Shown: positions 52,225 through 63,060, counted from the first letter of the stretch. The stretch is 64,000 bases of DNA from Verrucomicrobiota bacterium (GCA_039798785.1 JBDKFG010000010.1:1-64000), one strand, 5' to 3'. The notes: generated from the sequence alone by a model not told the origin. Program-made: numbers and translations.

Positions 52225-55068
52225 TCAAGCCTCTTTCTTGTCGTCGGCGAGGATCTGGTCTTCGAAGCGGCGCTTGGCTTCGCGCTCCTGGTCTTCGTCG
52301 TGAAGACGGGCGAGCTGGTTGGCCATCTTGCTGTTGCAGACGACGGGCGCGGCGATGAAGATCGAGGAGTAGCAGCCGACGAGGACGCCGAGGAGCATGA
52401 CCACGGCGAAGTCGACGACGCCGCCGCCGAAGCAGAGGACGCCGACGACGAAGAAGACGGTGAGAGAGGTGAGGATGGTGCGCGACAGGGTGTGGTTGAT
52501 GGCGTAGTTCATCACCTCGACCATCGGTTTCTCCTTGGCCTTGCCGGCGTCTTCGCGGATCCGGTCGAAGACGATGATGGTGTCGTTGAGCGAGTAGCCG
52601 ATGATGGTGAGGACGGCGGCGACGACCGGGATCGAGATCTGGCCGCCGAAGAGGACGTAGATGCCGACCGGGACGGTGATGTCGTGAAGCATCGCGACGA
52701 TGGCGCCGAAGGCGAAGGTCGATTCGAAGCGGAAGGCGATGTAGAGGAAGGAGCCGATGACGGCGAGGACGAAGGCGATCATCGCCTTCTTGGCGAATTC
52801 CCAGCCGACGATGCCGCCGACGCTGGTCTGTTCGACGCGTTTCAGCTTCACCGTGGTGTGGACTTTGGCGACGCCGCTGTCGATGCGGGTGAAGATGGCG
52901 TTTTTATCCTGGCCTTTCAGCTCGGGGAACTTATTGATGTCTTCCTTGACGATGACTTCGAGCTTCTTGACGCCGGAGACCTTGTCGGTGTTGAAGCTGA
53001 CTTTCGGGTTGGCGAAACCGAGTTTGGCCAGTTCGGCGGCGTACTGGTCGGGGCTCGGGGTGTCCTTGGCGTTGCCGCTGACTTCATAGTACGCAGCGTT
53101 GCCGCCGGTGAAGTCGACCGAGAAGGCGTCCTTGCCTTTGATGCCGATGAGCAGAAGCGTACCCAGTGCGGCGACGATGGAGAGGATGATCGGCAGACGG
53201 CGGACCTTCCAGTAATCGAAGGCGAAGACCTTGCGGGGGCCGAGGCCGGCGACCTTGCGGGCGTCGCCGTTGCGGAGGCAGTACCAGTCGAGCAGGACCT
53301 TGGTGACGAAGACCGCGGTGAACATGGTGGTGAGGATGCCGATCGAGATGGCGATACCGAAGGCTTGGACCGGGCCGGATCCGAACTTGGCGAGGAGGGC
53401 GGCGGTGAGCAAGGTGGTGACGTTCGAGTCGAAGATCGCGGCGAAGGCGCGGCTGAAGCCTTCTTTCGAGGCGTTTTCGAGGACTCGCTCGGCTTCGAGC
53501 TCTTCCTTCATCCGCTCATAGATCAGGATGTTGGCGTCGACTGCCATACCCATGGTGAGGGCGACCGCGGCGATGGCGGGGAGCGAGAAGGATGCGCCGA
53601 GGATCATCATCGAGCCGACGAGGAGGATGATGTTGAGGATCAGGCCGACCGAGGCGATGACGCCGACGACGCGGTAGTAGGCGATCATGAAGATCATGAC
53701 GATGACGATGCCGATGGCGGCAGCCATCAAGCCGCCTTTGCCGGCCTGTTCACCGAGGGTGGCGCTGGTGCGCGATTCGGCGTCGATGTGGATGGGGACG
53801 ATCAAGGCGCCGGACTTGAGAACGAGGGCGAGCTCTTCGGCTTCTTCCTTGCTGAAACCATCGGCTCCGCCAGTGATCTGAGCGCTGCTGGAGAGGATGC
53901 CCTTGATGTAGGGGGCGGAGTAGCAGACGCCGTCGAGGACGATGGCGAGCGGCAGACCTTCGGGGTGTTCTTTGCTGGGTGCGTAGCGGCTGGTGACCTC
54001 ACGGAACTGGGCTGCGCCGGCGCTGTTGAAGGACTTGTTGATCAGGTAGTTACCGCCGCCGTCCTGCTGGGCGCTGGCGTCGGAGATGTTGGTGCCGTCC
54101 ATCTCCTCCTGGATCTTGAGGATCCAGTAGCCCTTTTTCCGATCCTTGTCGGGAACGGCTTCGCAATCAGGAGGGATTTGGGGCGAATCGGGACCCAGGC
54201 CGGCTTCGGGGGGGGCATAGACGCCGCGGAAGCTGAGACGAGCTTGTTTCTCGATGGTGCCGCGGAGGGCGAAGACCTCGTCTTCGCCGACGACGGGGAT
54301 GCGGACGAGGACGGTGTTGCTGGAGAAAGGGCGGATTTCCGCTTCCGACAGGCCTTTGTTGCCGATACGGGCTTCGAGGATGTGGATGATGCGTTCTTGC
54401 AGCTCGGCGGGGCTGTAGATCTTTTCGCTGGGGTCCCTGCCGGCCTTCTTGTCGGCTTCGTTCTTGAGAAGCGCCTTCTTGTTGAGCTTGTCGAGTTCGT
54501 CGAGGTCGAAGGCGACGGTGAATTCGACCCCGCCCTGGAGGTCGATACCGAGCTTGAGTTTGCCTTGGCAGAGCAGTTCGACGTAGGCGGCGACCGCTTT
54601 GTTGGAGGGGGTTTTGTTGCCCGGGACGGGGATGAACTTGCCGAGCTCGAGATTGGATTCTTCGGCGAAGCGGGTCAGGGCGGTGGCGGGGCTGAGGCCG
54701 AGCTTTTCTTCCGGGCTGAGGCTTTCCCGCTTGGCGATGAGTTCCTTCGCCTTGGCGACAGCCTTGTTGAAGGCGTCGACTTCCTTGTTGGTGATGGCGG
54801 AATAGGCGCTGTTTTCGGCTGCGATGAGGGCTTTGCGGCTGGCGGCGGTTCCTTCCTTGGCGTCGCGCTCGGCAGCCTTGGAGGCGGCTTCCCGGCGGGC
54901 CTGGGCGGCGGCTTCATCGACCTTGTTCTCAGCGATGCTGGAGGCGGCGAGGCGCTGGACTTCGGTCATGAAGTCCTTGTTTTTCAAAGGGAACATCGAC
55001 TGCAGCCATGCCAGGGTGACCAGCACGATGAAGGCGATGCGGAGGTAGACTGAGGTGGAGGATTTCAT
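52225..55068 (-). CDS. secDF: Fused protein translocase SecDF
   Basis: [57 protein letters not shown]. Confidence 0.96.
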   Translation of the reverse strand: MKSSTSVYLRIAFIVLVTLAWLQSMFPLKNKDFMTEVQRLAASSIAENKVDEAAAQARREAASKAAERDAKEGTAASRKALIAAENSAYSAITNKEVDAFNKAVAKAKELIAKRESLSPEEKLGLSPATALTRFAEESNLELGKFIPVPGNKTPSNKAVAAYVELLCQGKLKLGIDLQGGVEFTVAFDLDELDKLNKKALLKNEADKKAGRDPSEKIYSPAELQERIIHILEARIGNKGLSEAEIRPFSSNTVLVRIPVVGEDEVFALRGTIEKQARLSFRGVYAPPEAGLGPDSPQIPPDCEAVPDKDRKKGYWILKIQEEMDGTNISDASAQQDGGGNYLINKSFNSAGAAQFREVTSRYAPSKEHPEGLPLAIVLDGVCYSAPYIKGILSSSAQITGGADGFSKEEAEELALVLKSGALIVPIHIDAESRTSATLGEQAGKGGLMAAAIGIVIVMIFMIAYYRVVGVIASVGLILNIILLVGSMMILGASFSLPAIAAVALTMGMAVDANILIYERMKEELEAERVLENASKEGFSRAFAAIFDSNVTTLLTAALLAKFGSGPVQAFGIAISIGILTTMFTAVFVTKVLLDWYCLRNGDARKVAGLGPRKVFAFDYWKVRRLPIILSIVAALGTLLLIGIKGKDAFSVDFTGGNAAYYEVSGNAKDTPSPDQYAAELAKLGFANPKVSFNTDKVSGVKKLEVIVKEDINKFPELKGQDKNAIFTRIDSGVAKVHTTVKLKRVEQTSVGGIVGWEFAKKAMIAFVLAVIGSFLYIAFRFESTFAFGAIVAMLHDITVPVGIYVLFGGQISIPVVAAVLTIIGYSLNDTIIVFDRIREDAGKAKEKPMVEVMNYAINHTLSRTILTSLTVFFVVGVLCFGGGVVDFAVVMLLGVLVGCYSSIFIAAPVVCNSKMANQLARLHDEDQEREAKRRFEDQILADDKKEA

Positions 55069-55074
55069 GAGTCT

Positions 55075-55386
55075 TCAGGCCTTGGCGGCTTCGGTGTTGG
55101 CGAGGATGGCGCGGATGGCAGACTGGTCGACGGTGACCACGGTCCGTTCTGCGATCTTGACTTGGAATTTGCCTTCTTCGACGGCTTCGATGGTGCCGTA
55201 GATGCCGCCTTCGAGGATGACGCGGGCGTCTTTCTTCAGGGCTGCCACCGATTTGCGATGTTCTTCCATCTTCTTGTTCTGGGGACGGATGACCAGCAGG
55301 TACATGAATCCGAACATGAAGATGAAGATGACGAACATGCCGAGGGGGCTGCCGCCGCCGCCTTGAGCGAGAAGAGTGTGAGTCAT
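55075..55386 (-). CDS. yajC: Preprotein translocase subunit YajC
   Basis: MYLLVIRPQNKK, GGIYGTI; upstream of secDF. Confidence 0.94.
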   Translation of the reverse strand: MTHTLLAQGGGGSPLGMFVIFIFMFGFMYLLVIRPQNKKMEEHRKSVAALKKDARVILEGGIYGTIEAVEEGKFQVKIAERTVVTVDQSAIRAILANTEAAKA

Positions 55387-55480
55387 GGTCTGTGGATCCT
55401 TGCGTTGTCTGATGATGATGCGAATGAAAAACAGCTCCGCAACTTACCGCTGCAGGAGCTTTCGCCAAGGGTGGGGAAAA

Positions 55481-55512
55481 TGCGAAAAGCGGCCGATCGG
55501 CCGCTTTTCGCA
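55481..55512. repeat. 32-bp perfect palindrome
   Basis: tgcgaaaagcggccga|tcggccgcttttcgca. Confidence 0.9.
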
Positions 55513-55530
55513 AACTGACGCTCGGCAGCT

Positions 55531-56022
55531 TCAGTCGCGTCCGAACTTCATTTGCAAGGCGCTGGCGGTGGCCGGGGGGACGAATTTATCGAGGGGGCCG
55601 CGGTGGATGGCGATTTCGCGGACCATGCGGGAAGAGACGAAGGACATTTCCGGGCTGGGCATGAGGAAGACGGTTTCGCAGCGGGGGTTGAGTTCGCGGT
55701 TCATCATCGCCATCTGGATTTCGTATTCGAAGTCGGAGACGGAGCGGAGGCCGCGGACGACGGCGATGGCGCCGAAGGAGTCGAGGGCGTCCTTGAGGAG
55801 GCCTTCGAAGGTGGCGACTTCGACATTGGGGATGTCCTGGACGACTTCCCGGATCTGGGCGATGCGTTCGTCGGTGGTGAACATCGGCGATTTGCCGGAG
55901 TTGCGGGCGACGGTGACGACGAGCTTGTCGAAGAGCTTGGCGGCGCGGCGGATGACATCGAGGTGGCCGTTGGTGATCGGGTCGAAGGAGCCGGCGTAGA
56001 GAGCGATGCCTGAGGTGGGCAT
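55531..56022 (-). CDS. coaD: Pantetheine-phosphate adenylyltransferase
   Basis: YAGSFDPITNGHLD, VRGLRSVSDFEYE, VSSRMVRE. Confidence 0.97.
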   Translation of the reverse strand: MPTSGIALYAGSFDPITNGHLDVIRRAAKLFDKLVVTVARNSGKSPMFTTDERIAQIREVVQDIPNVEVATFEGLLKDALDSFGAIAVVRGLRSVSDFEYEIQMAMMNRELNPRCETVFLMPSPEMSFVSSRMVREIAIHRGPLDKFVPPATASALQMKFGRD

Positions 56023-56035
56023 GGGAGATCCTTTG

Positions 56036-56071
56036 GAATTATGAGTTAAGAATTAAGAGTTAAGAATTGAG
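56036..56071. repeat. Heptamer array related to the ankyrin-cassette arms
   Basis: gaattatgagttaagaattaagagttaagaattgag. Confidence 0.8.
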
Positions 56072-56083
56072 GAGCAGAAGTCT

Positions 56084-56671
56084 TCAACTGGGTTTCTTGG
56101 GCTTGAGTTCGTGGCGGAGGGCCTCGATATCGGCGCCTTGGATCAGCTTGATGATTTCGTCGTAGCACTCGTGGAAACCGTAGCCGCCTTCGCGCATTTC
56201 GGCGAGGGCCTGTTCTTTGCTCCATCCCTGGTGGACCATGCGGTAGAAGGCGCAGATGCAGCCGGTCCGGTCGGAGCCATGCCAGCAGTGGACGAGGACG
56301 GGTCCTTTGGCGTCGGTGATGATTTTCAAGGCTTGGCGGACTTCATCGAGCTTGATCGCTCCGGCGCGCAATTCGACGCGGTGGAGTTTCAGAGCCGTGC
56401 CTTTGGCTTCGTCTTCGTCATCGTGGAAATCGCGCAGGTTGAGGATTTCGGAGATGCCAGCCTTGGCGAGGCTTTTCATGGCGTCTTCATCGGGCTGGGA
56501 GGAGCGGTAGAGGCGAGCGTCGAGCTGATGGAAGTTCTTCAATTTCGGGCTGAGGACGGGCTGGGCCCATTCGACCGGCCTGATGCGGATCTTGGCGGTG
56601 GCTGGCGCCGGCTGGGGCGGGGCGGGATCGGGGCTGGCGAGGAGGAGGGCGGCGAGGCAGGCGAGAGTCAT
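56084..56671 (-). CDS. Exported dual-specificity/tyrosine phosphatase family protein
   Basis: LYRSSQP, ILNLR, HCWHGSDRTG (CX5R); signal-like N-terminus. Confidence 0.9.
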   Translation of the reverse strand: MTLACLAALLLASPDPAPPQPAPATAKIRIRPVEWAQPVLSPKLKNFHQLDARLYRSSQPDEDAMKSLAKAGISEILNLRDFHDDEDEAKGTALKLHRVELRAGAIKLDEVRQALKIITDAKGPVLVHCWHGSDRTGCICAFYRMVHQGWSKEQALAEMREGGYGFHECYDEIIKLIQGADIEALRHELKPKKPS

Positions 56672-58599
56672 GGTTTGGGCTCCGTTTTGGCAGGGTCGAA
56701 GAGGCGGAGGGCGTGTTCGGCGATGACCAGGACTTCAGATTCCGGATCGAGGTTGCGGCGGCTGAGTTCGAGCCAGCCCTTGGCGGCTTCCTTGTGGCCT
56801 GATGCGAGCGCTTCGATTCCGGCTTCGGTCCAGGACCATGCCAGGTGCGAGTCGCGGCCTTGCGCGTCCAGGGGCAGGGAGGCGAGGCGGGAGCGGAGCC
56901 GGTTTCCGATCTCCTCGAGAGATTTGGGCCGGGGCGCCGGCTGGCGGCGGAGGGCCTGGGCCAGGGATTCGGGATGGATGGGGACAGGTGACTGGGAGAG
57001 CAGCGGGGTGATTTTTTCCGGGGTCAGCGAGGGAGGCGCGAGGGCGGCGTCGAGACTGGCGAAAGCGGGATTGAAGAGGGGCGCTTCGCCGAGGAGGAGA
57101 TGGAGCGGCGTCGGGTCGCTCAAGCTGGAGTCGCCGCGGCCGTTCTGGAGACGGGTGAATTTCCCGAGGAGGACGCGGGCGGCCTCGGTGCTGCGGCCGA
57201 TGGCGATGCTGCCCGAGAGGACTTCTCCTTCGATGGCGAAGCGGCATTTCCGGGCGGCCTGGAGGAGGAGGCGATGGTTGTCGGGGTGGCCGGGGGGGAA
57301 CTGGTCGGCGGCGAGGCAGAGGGCGAGGGGGAAGTCCGGGGCGCTGGCGGCGAGTTCGAGCGCGGCTTTCTGGGCGGCGGTCTTGTCGTTTTTGAGTTGC
57401 GCCAGGCGCAAGGCGTCGCGGCGGCCGGCGGCGGCCGGCGGGCAGGCGTCGCGGATCTGTTCGAGTTCGCCGCTGGGGATGCCCGGGACACGGCAGAATT
57501 CCGATTCCCAGTCGAGGGCGGCGAGTTTCATGATGCCGAAGTCGTAGGCGTCGCAGACCGGGATATCGGATGGGGCGAGCCAGGGGTCGAGGAGGGAGAA
57601 GTAGATTTCGCCGTCGGAGAGGTGGAGGTTTTGCCAGTCTTCGGGGCGTCCATGGCCATTGTGTCGGAGGATCTGGAGGCGGCAGAGGGCGGCGAAGCCC
57701 TGGGGTTTTTCCGGCAGGAGGCGGAGCAGCTGGGTCTGGCTGGGGGCGGCGAGGCGGCGGGCGGCGGCTTCGTCCGGAGCGGCGAGGGCCTCGGCGGGCC
57801 ACATCAGTTCGCGGCAGAGGAGTTCGCTCAAGGCGGCTGGGGCCAACCCGAGCCAGGCATCGGGGCGTTTCGCCAGGGCTTCCTGGAAGGCGCTGCCCTT
57901 ATGGCGGAGGCTGAGCAGATGGATCGCCTGTGCGGCCGGGGAGGGGAGGCGGCCCATTTTTTCCATCAAGACGGCGTCCTTGAGTCGGGCATCGAGAAGC
58001 GCAGCTTCGCCGGAGAGAGCTTCCGCGGCCAATTCAAGCTCGCCGCGGCGGATGTGGAGCGCAATTTGGAAAAGGCGGTTTTCTTCTCGGCTCAGCATCG
58101 CCAGGGTGGCGAGTTCAGCCTCGTCGAGCCCGTCCAGTACGGCGGGGGCCTGGCATGCGGAGCTCGCCACTTCGCAGAGGTTCTGGAGGCGGTTCCAGAT
58201 CTCGTTCTCCTCATCTTCGGCGGGGGGGCGGAGCTCGTCGCCGCAAAGCGCCAGCAGGCGGGCGAAGAGGAGAGGCGATTTTTCCGCCAGGGCAGCCCAA
58301 GCGTCTTCCCCGGATTTCTCATCGCGGGCCAAGGCGTCACGATAATTTTTTGCATCAAAGCCCGGCGCGATCTGCCATTTCAGCTCGCTCCAGAGTTCCT
58401 GGGCGGCGGCGGCGACTTGCGGGTCGGGGGAGGCAAGGGCCTTTTTGACCGCGCCGCGCGCCTCGAAGCCGAGGCGCTGCAGGTTTTTGCGGGCGTCGCG
58501 GCGTTCCTTGGGAGATCCCTGGCTGAGGGTCTGGAGAAGCGCCTCCGGCGTGGACTCGGGGTCGCCGAAGAAGAGCAGGAGCGCGAGTGGCAGGACCAT
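56668..58599 (-). CDS. Hypothetical exported helical-repeat protein
   Basis: Signal-like N-terminus, HEAT-like segment ERRDARKNLQRLG..SPDPQVAAAA; ATGA overlap with the phosphatase. Confidence 0.65.
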   Translation of the reverse strand: MVLPLALLLFFGDPESTPEALLQTLSQGSPKERRDARKNLQRLGFEARGAVKKALASPDPQVAAAAQELWSELKWQIAPGFDAKNYRDALARDEKSGEDAWAALAEKSPLLFARLLALCGDELRPPAEDEENEIWNRLQNLCEVASSACQAPAVLDGLDEAELATLAMLSREENRLFQIALHIRRGELELAAEALSGEAALLDARLKDAVLMEKMGRLPSPAAQAIHLLSLRHKGSAFQEALAKRPDAWLGLAPAALSELLCRELMWPAEALAAPDEAAARRLAAPSQTQLLRLLPEKPQGFAALCRLQILRHNGHGRPEDWQNLHLSDGEIYFSLLDPWLAPSDIPVCDAYDFGIMKLAALDWESEFCRVPGIPSGELEQIRDACPPAAAGRRDALRLAQLKNDKTAAQKAALELAASAPDFPLALCLAADQFPPGHPDNHRLLLQAARKCRFAIEGEVLSGSIAIGRSTEAARVLLGKFTRLQNGRGDSSLSDPTPLHLLLGEAPLFNPAFASLDAALAPPSLTPEKITPLLSQSPVPIHPESLAQALRRQPAPRPKSLEEIGNRLRSRLASLPLDAQGRDSHLAWSWTEAGIEALASGHKEAAKGWLELSRRNLDPESEVLVIAEHALRLFDPAKTEPKP

Positions 58600-58608
58600 G
58601 GAGGCACC

Positions 58609-59040
58609 TCAGGGGGCTGGGCGGGCGGAGGAGGGGGCGTAGGGATTCCAAGGAAAGGGCTTGCCTTCGGCGTCGAGGGCGACGAAGACCATGGAGCAGG
58701 AGCTGATCATGATGAACTTCGAATTCTGGTCGGCGGGTCTGCGGGCGTAGACGTGGCATTCGATGCTCAGGGAGGTTCGGCCGAGGTGGGAAGGGCGCCC
58801 CCAGATCTCGATCTGGTCGCAGAGCCGGGCGGGGGCGAAGAATTCGACTTCGCTCATCTTGCGGGTGGCGATGTCGGGCGTGCCGGTGATGCTGACCGCC
58901 AGCATCGCGAGGGACTCGTCGATCCAGGCGAGAAGGGTGCCGCCGAAGAGGCGCTGGCCGATCGACAGGTCGCCCTGCATGACGACGCGGCGGGAGATCA
59001 GGACGTAGTCGGGCGCGAGGTCTTCGGGTTTGGCGAACAT
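58609..59040 (-). CDS. Acyl-CoA thioesterase (hotdog fold, YciA-like)
   Basis: LFGGTLLAWID, GRTSL, MVFVALD..GKP. Confidence 0.88.
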   Translation of the reverse strand: MFAKPEDLAPDYVLISRRVVMQGDLSIGQRLFGGTLLAWIDESLAMLAVSITGTPDIATRKMSEVEFFAPARLCDQIEIWGRPSHLGRTSLSIECHVYARRPADQNSKFIMISSCSMVFVALDAEGKPFPWNPYAPSSARPAP

Positions 59041-59119
59041 GGGGCTTCCTTGGCTGATGCTCCAATCTAGCCCCGAAGACGGATGCGGGGAAGGAGGGAA
59101 GCGAAGGAAAGTCGGGGAC

Positions 59120-60442
59120 TTATTCGTCTGCGACTTTCTTCAGCTCCTCCAGAGTTCTTTGGAAGGGGCATTTGTCGGAGCTGTCCTGAGTCAGGAAGGC
59201 CTGGATCGGCTTGTGGCGTTTCAAGGCCCTGTCGATGTCGGAGTTCGATCCCGGGACGTAGGCGCCGATGTTGATCATGTCCTCGGCTTCGCGGTAGGAG
59301 GCCATCAGCTTGCGGAGATTGCGGCCGAGCTTGAGATGGTCCGGCGAGGAGACATCCTTGGCGACTCGGGAGACCGATTCGAGGACGTCGACGGCAGGAT
59401 ATCGGCCGCCGGCGGCGATGCGGCGGGAGAGGACGATGTGGCCGTCGAGGATGGAGCGCACCGAGTCGGCGATGGGGTCGTTCATGTCATCACCTTCGAC
59501 CAGGACGGTGGCGAAGGCGGTGATCGAGCCTTTCTGCGAGCGGCCGGCGCGTTCGAGGAGTCGGGGCAGGAGGGCGAAGACCGAAGGGGGGTAGCCACGA
59601 GTGGCCGGGGGCTCGCCGGCGGAGAGGCCGATTTCGCGCTGCGCCATGGCGTAGCGGGTGACTGAGTCGATCATGAAGATCACGTCGGCTCCCTGGTCGC
59701 GGAAATACTCGGCGATCGCCATCGCGGTGTCGGCGGCTCGGACCCGGTGTAGCGGCGTGCGGTCCGAAGTGGCGACCACCAGGATCGAGCGTGCGAGGCC
59801 TTCCGCTCCGAGGGATTCCTCGACGAAGTCCATCACTTCCTTGCCCCGTTCCCCGACGAGGGCGATGACGTTGACCTGCGACAGGCAGGAACGGGCGATC
59901 ATGCCCATCAGCGTCGACTTGCCGACGCCCGAGCCGGCGAAGATGCCGACCCGCTGGCCTTTGCCGCAGGGAATCGCGGCATCGATGGCCTTGACGCCGG
60001 TCGGCATCATCTCTGTCACTCTCGGACGGTCGAAGGCCGCCGGCGGCGTGCCGGTGACGGCGCGCAGCCCCCCCTTGATCGGCCCCTTGCCATCGATGGG
60101 CCTGCCGAGTCCGTCTACGACCCGTCCGAGCATCGCCGGGCCGACCGGGACGCGGAAGCCGTCGCCGAGAGGGACGACGAGGTCGCCGGGGCGGACCGAG
60201 TGGAGCTGATCCATGGGCATCAGCAGCAGGTTCCGGTCGCGGAAGCCGATGACTTCGCAGACCTGGCGGCTGCCGCTGGCGGAGTCGACGATTTCGACCA
60301 GGTCGCCGCAGGCGCAGAGCGGGCCGGCCGATTCGACCAGGGTGCCGACGCTGCGGGCGACGCGTCCTAGGGAGCGGACCGAGCGGACTCCGCTGAGTTG
60401 GCGGAGAGGGGCGGCGAGTCGGCTGAATTCAGGGCTGCGCAT
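59120..60442 (-). CDS. fliI: FliI/SctN export ATPase
   Basis: GQRVGIFAGSGVGKS, ALVGERGKEV, DSVTRYAMAQREIGL, GYPPSVF..LPRLLERAG, ILDGHI, GAYVPG. Confidence 0.93.
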   Translation of the reverse strand: MRSPEFSRLAAPLRQLSGVRSVRSLGRVARSVGTLVESAGPLCACGDLVEIVDSASGSRQVCEVIGFRDRNLLLMPMDQLHSVRPGDLVVPLGDGFRVPVGPAMLGRVVDGLGRPIDGKGPIKGGLRAVTGTPPAAFDRPRVTEMMPTGVKAIDAAIPCGKGQRVGIFAGSGVGKSTLMGMIARSCLSQVNVIALVGERGKEVMDFVEESLGAEGLARSILVVATSDRTPLHRVRAADTAMAIAEYFRDQGADVIFMIDSVTRYAMAQREIGLSAGEPPATRGYPPSVFALLPRLLERAGRSQKGSITAFATVLVEGDDMNDPIADSVRSILDGHIVLSRRIAAGGRYPAVDVLESVSRVAKDVSSPDHLKLGRNLRKLMASYREAEDMINIGAYVPGSNSDIDRALKRHKPIQAFLTQDSSDKCPFQRTLEELKKVADE

Positions 60443-61109
60443 GGCCGCTCTCGTCGTGCTGCTGACCGTGGTGCAAGGCTTTTTCGACGGCTATGCGGAT
60501 GCAGTCGAGACGCGCATGGAGGGTGGCGTCGACGATGCCGTGTTCGTGTTCGGCGAAGGCTTCGCCTCGTGCCAGGGAGGAGTCCGGTTCGATGCGGCAG
60601 AGGCGGAAGCTGTGGTTGCGGGCGACGGCGTCGGCGTCGTCGGGATGGAGGCGGAGGGTGACGGCCTTGAGATTGGCGACACCTTGTAGGGCTTCGCGGA
60701 GGACGGCGGGGAGGTCGGCGTGGGAAGGGAAGCTGGCGGCGAGTATGCGTTCAGCGACGGCGATGCCGAGGGCCGCGGATTCCTCCAGGAGCTGGTGTTC
60801 GAGCTGTTGAAGAGCCAGGTCGAAGCTTTCGGCGAGCTGTCTGCGGCTGTCGGCAAGTTCCTTTTCGAGCGAGGAGACACGGCTTTTTTGAGACGCGAGT
60901 TCCTTTTGCAAAGGGGCTTCAGCCTCCTTGCGGCCGCGATCGTATTCAGCCTTGAGCATCGCCGGATCGATTTTCGGGGCCTCGGGAGGAGGGGCTGCCG
61001 GCTTCTTCAGGTCGACCACCTCGACCTTGCCTTGGCGGGCGACAAAGGCGCCGGCGGTGCCCAGATGGACACGTTGAGGGGGGGGCGGGGACGGAGTAGC
61101 TGGCGTCAT
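60429..61109 (-). CDS. fliH: FliH/SctL family protein
   Basis: AEYDRG coiled coil; LRLHPDD, IEPDSSLARG, G.VDATL; overlaps the fliI start. Confidence 0.8.
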   Translation of the reverse strand: MTPATPSPPPPQRVHLGTAGAFVARQGKVEVVDLKKPAAPPPEAPKIDPAMLKAEYDRGRKEAEAPLQKELASQKSRVSSLEKELADSRRQLAESFDLALQQLEHQLLEESAALGIAVAERILAASFPSHADLPAVLREALQGVANLKAVTLRLHPDDADAVARNHSFRLCRIEPDSSLARGEAFAEHEHGIVDATLHARLDCIRIAVEKALHHGQQHDESGHAQP

Positions 61110-61193
61110 TCGGTCCTCAGGGCTGGGGTTTGATCCTGGTTGAAGCACGAAGCGTGCCATCCTGTGGCGGTGGACTGCCGGAGCTGCCGGAGT

Positions 61194-61412
61194 TCAGGAG
61201 CTCAGCAGGTCGAGAAGGAATCCTGCCAGGAAGCCGAGGCCGAGGCCGGTCAGGACCGGGATCATCGCCTCATCACTGCCCAGGCAAAGGGCGGCGATGC
61301 CGCCGAGGATCGCTCCCAGGCAGGCGCCCGCGAGGCTTTTCCAGGCGGCATGCCCGCCCTCGATGAGGATTTCCAGTGCGAGCTGGAGCAGTTCGGCGAC
61401 GATTTCCTTCAT
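61194..61412 (-). CDS. Small two-TM hypothetical protein
   Basis: GGAG RBS, 72 aa with two Gly-rich hydrophobic helices. Confidence 0.55.
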   Translation of the reverse strand: MKEIVAELLQLALEILIEGGHAAWKSLAGACLGAILGGIAALCLGSDEAMIPVLTGLGLGFLAGFLLDLLSS

Positions 61413-61553
61413 GATTCAGGTCTCCCGGGGCCAAGGTGCCTGGACCGCCGCCATCCGGCGGCTACGGAAAATCCTCCGTATCGGACTCTCCTGTGGCAAA
61501 GCTGCTGCAGGGTGCTAGGTTGCGCGCCGTTTCGACCCCGGACAAGAAATCAC

Positions 61554-63017
61554 ATGAACCTGCGTGCGGTGATCAACATAGTTTCGCTGCTGATCGTCCT
61601 GATCGGCTTTTCGATGCTGGGCGCTGCCTTTGCCGGAAAGATCGCGGGTGACGGCCCGGATCTGGTCTTCCGTTTTGTCGAATGCAGTCTCTTCAGCATG
61701 CTGGTGGGCCTCATTGTCTTTCTGAAGACCCGGGATTCTAAGCTCAATCTTGGTCTCCGCGAAGGCTATGCCGTGGTCACTCTCGGGTGGCTGGCGGTGG
61801 TGGCGGTGGGAGCCGTCCCGTTCCCGGTGATCACCGAAGGGCGGGTGAGCTTCACCGACGGCTTTTTCGAGGTGATGAGCGGATTCACCACAACGGGAGC
61901 CTCGATCCTCGCCGATGTCGAGCATGGACCTTGCAGCAAGGGTTTGATCTTCTGGCGCAGCATCTGCAACTGGCTGGGGGGGCTGGGCATCGTCGTCTTG
62001 TCGATGGTTCTGCTGCCCTTCCTCGGGGCGGGCGGCGTGCAGCTCTTCCGCGCCGAGTCGACCGGCACCGGAGGGGAGCAGCTGACTTCTCGCGCGGTGA
62101 GCACCGCGAAAATGCTCTGGGCCTTCTACTTCTCTCTCACCTTGATACTGGTCGCACTGATGAGGTTCCTCGATATGCCGTGGATGGAGAGCATCTGCCA
62201 CAGCATGAGTGCCATGTCGACTGGCGGGTTCTCTCCTTTGAACAGCAGCTTTCAGAATTACGGATTGGCAGTCTTGTGGGTCTGCACACTGTTCCAGTTC
62301 GTTTCCGGGGCCAACTACATTCTCCACCTCAAGGCTGCCCGCGGCGACTGGAAGTGTTATTGGAAGGACGAGGAGTTCCGCTGGTATCTGGGGATATACG
62401 TCGTCGCCTCAATCTTGATTGCCCAGCAGCTGATGTTGCGTGGCTTCGAGTCGAGCGCCTCCGACGCAGCGGCCCACGCCACTTTTCAGGTGGTGACGGT
62501 CGGGAGCACCTGCGGTTTCTGCTCGCGCGACTTCGCCGCCTGGCCGGTGTCCTGCCAGATGATCTTGGTCCTGCTGATGTTCATGGGGGGCTGCGGCGGT
62601 TCGACTTCTGGCGGCCTGAAGACGGCTCGCGTGATCATGGTGGCGAAATACGCATGGATGAAGATCCAGCAGGTGGCCCGTCCCCGCAGCATCTTCAGCA
62701 TCCACTTCAACGGTGTGCGCATTGAAGACTCGGTGATTCACAAGGTGATGATCTTCTTCTGCCTTTACGTCGGCCTCTGGCTGGGCGGAGCTTTCCTGCT
62801 CTCATTTGCTCCGCAGCTCAGTTTCACCGGGGCCTTGACCGGATCCCTTGCCTGCCTCGCCAACATCGGCCCCGGGCTTGCCGAGCTCGGCCCGACCTGC
62901 AACTTCGGGCTGCTGCCCGACTGGGCCACCTGGGTCTGCAGCATCCTGATGCTTCTGGGGCGCCTCGAAATCTTCACCGTGATGATCTTACTCTCGCCGT
63001 CGCTGTGGCGGAAGTGA
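61554..63017 (+). CDS. trkH: TrkH-family potassium uptake protein
   Basis: FFEVMSGFTTTGAS, WLGGLGI, STGGFS, GGCGGSTSGGLK, NIGPG, MLLGRLE. Confidence 0.95.
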   Translation: MNLRAVINIVSLLIVLIGFSMLGAAFAGKIAGDGPDLVFRFVECSLFSMLVGLIVFLKTRDSKLNLGLREGYAVVTLGWLAVVAVGAVPFPVITEGRVSFTDGFFEVMSGFTTTGASILADVEHGPCSKGLIFWRSICNWLGGLGIVVLSMVLLPFLGAGGVQLFRAESTGTGGEQLTSRAVSTAKMLWAFYFSLTLILVALMRFLDMPWMESICHSMSAMSTGGFSPLNSSFQNYGLAVLWVCTLFQFVSGANYILHLKAARGDWKCYWKDEEFRWYLGIYVVASILIAQQLMLRGFESSASDAAAHATFQVVTVGSTCGFCSRDFAAWPVSCQMILVLLMFMGGCGGSTSGGLKTARVIMVAKYAWMKIQQVARPRSIFSIHFNGVRIEDSVIHKVMIFFCLYVGLWLGGAFLLSFAPQLSFTGALTGSLACLANIGPGLAELGPTCNFGLLPDWATWVCSILMLLGRLEIFTVMILLSPSLWRK

Positions 63018-63060
63018 ATCCCCTCCCTATCTTCTCCGCCAGCAACCCCGACGGCTCTAC

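Noticed and set aside
56084..61109. T3SS ATPase with phosphatase and helical-repeat effectors as one secretion locus
   Set aside because: Both candidate effectors have Sec-like signal peptides and no export-apparatus genes are present; co-orientation alone is insufficient.
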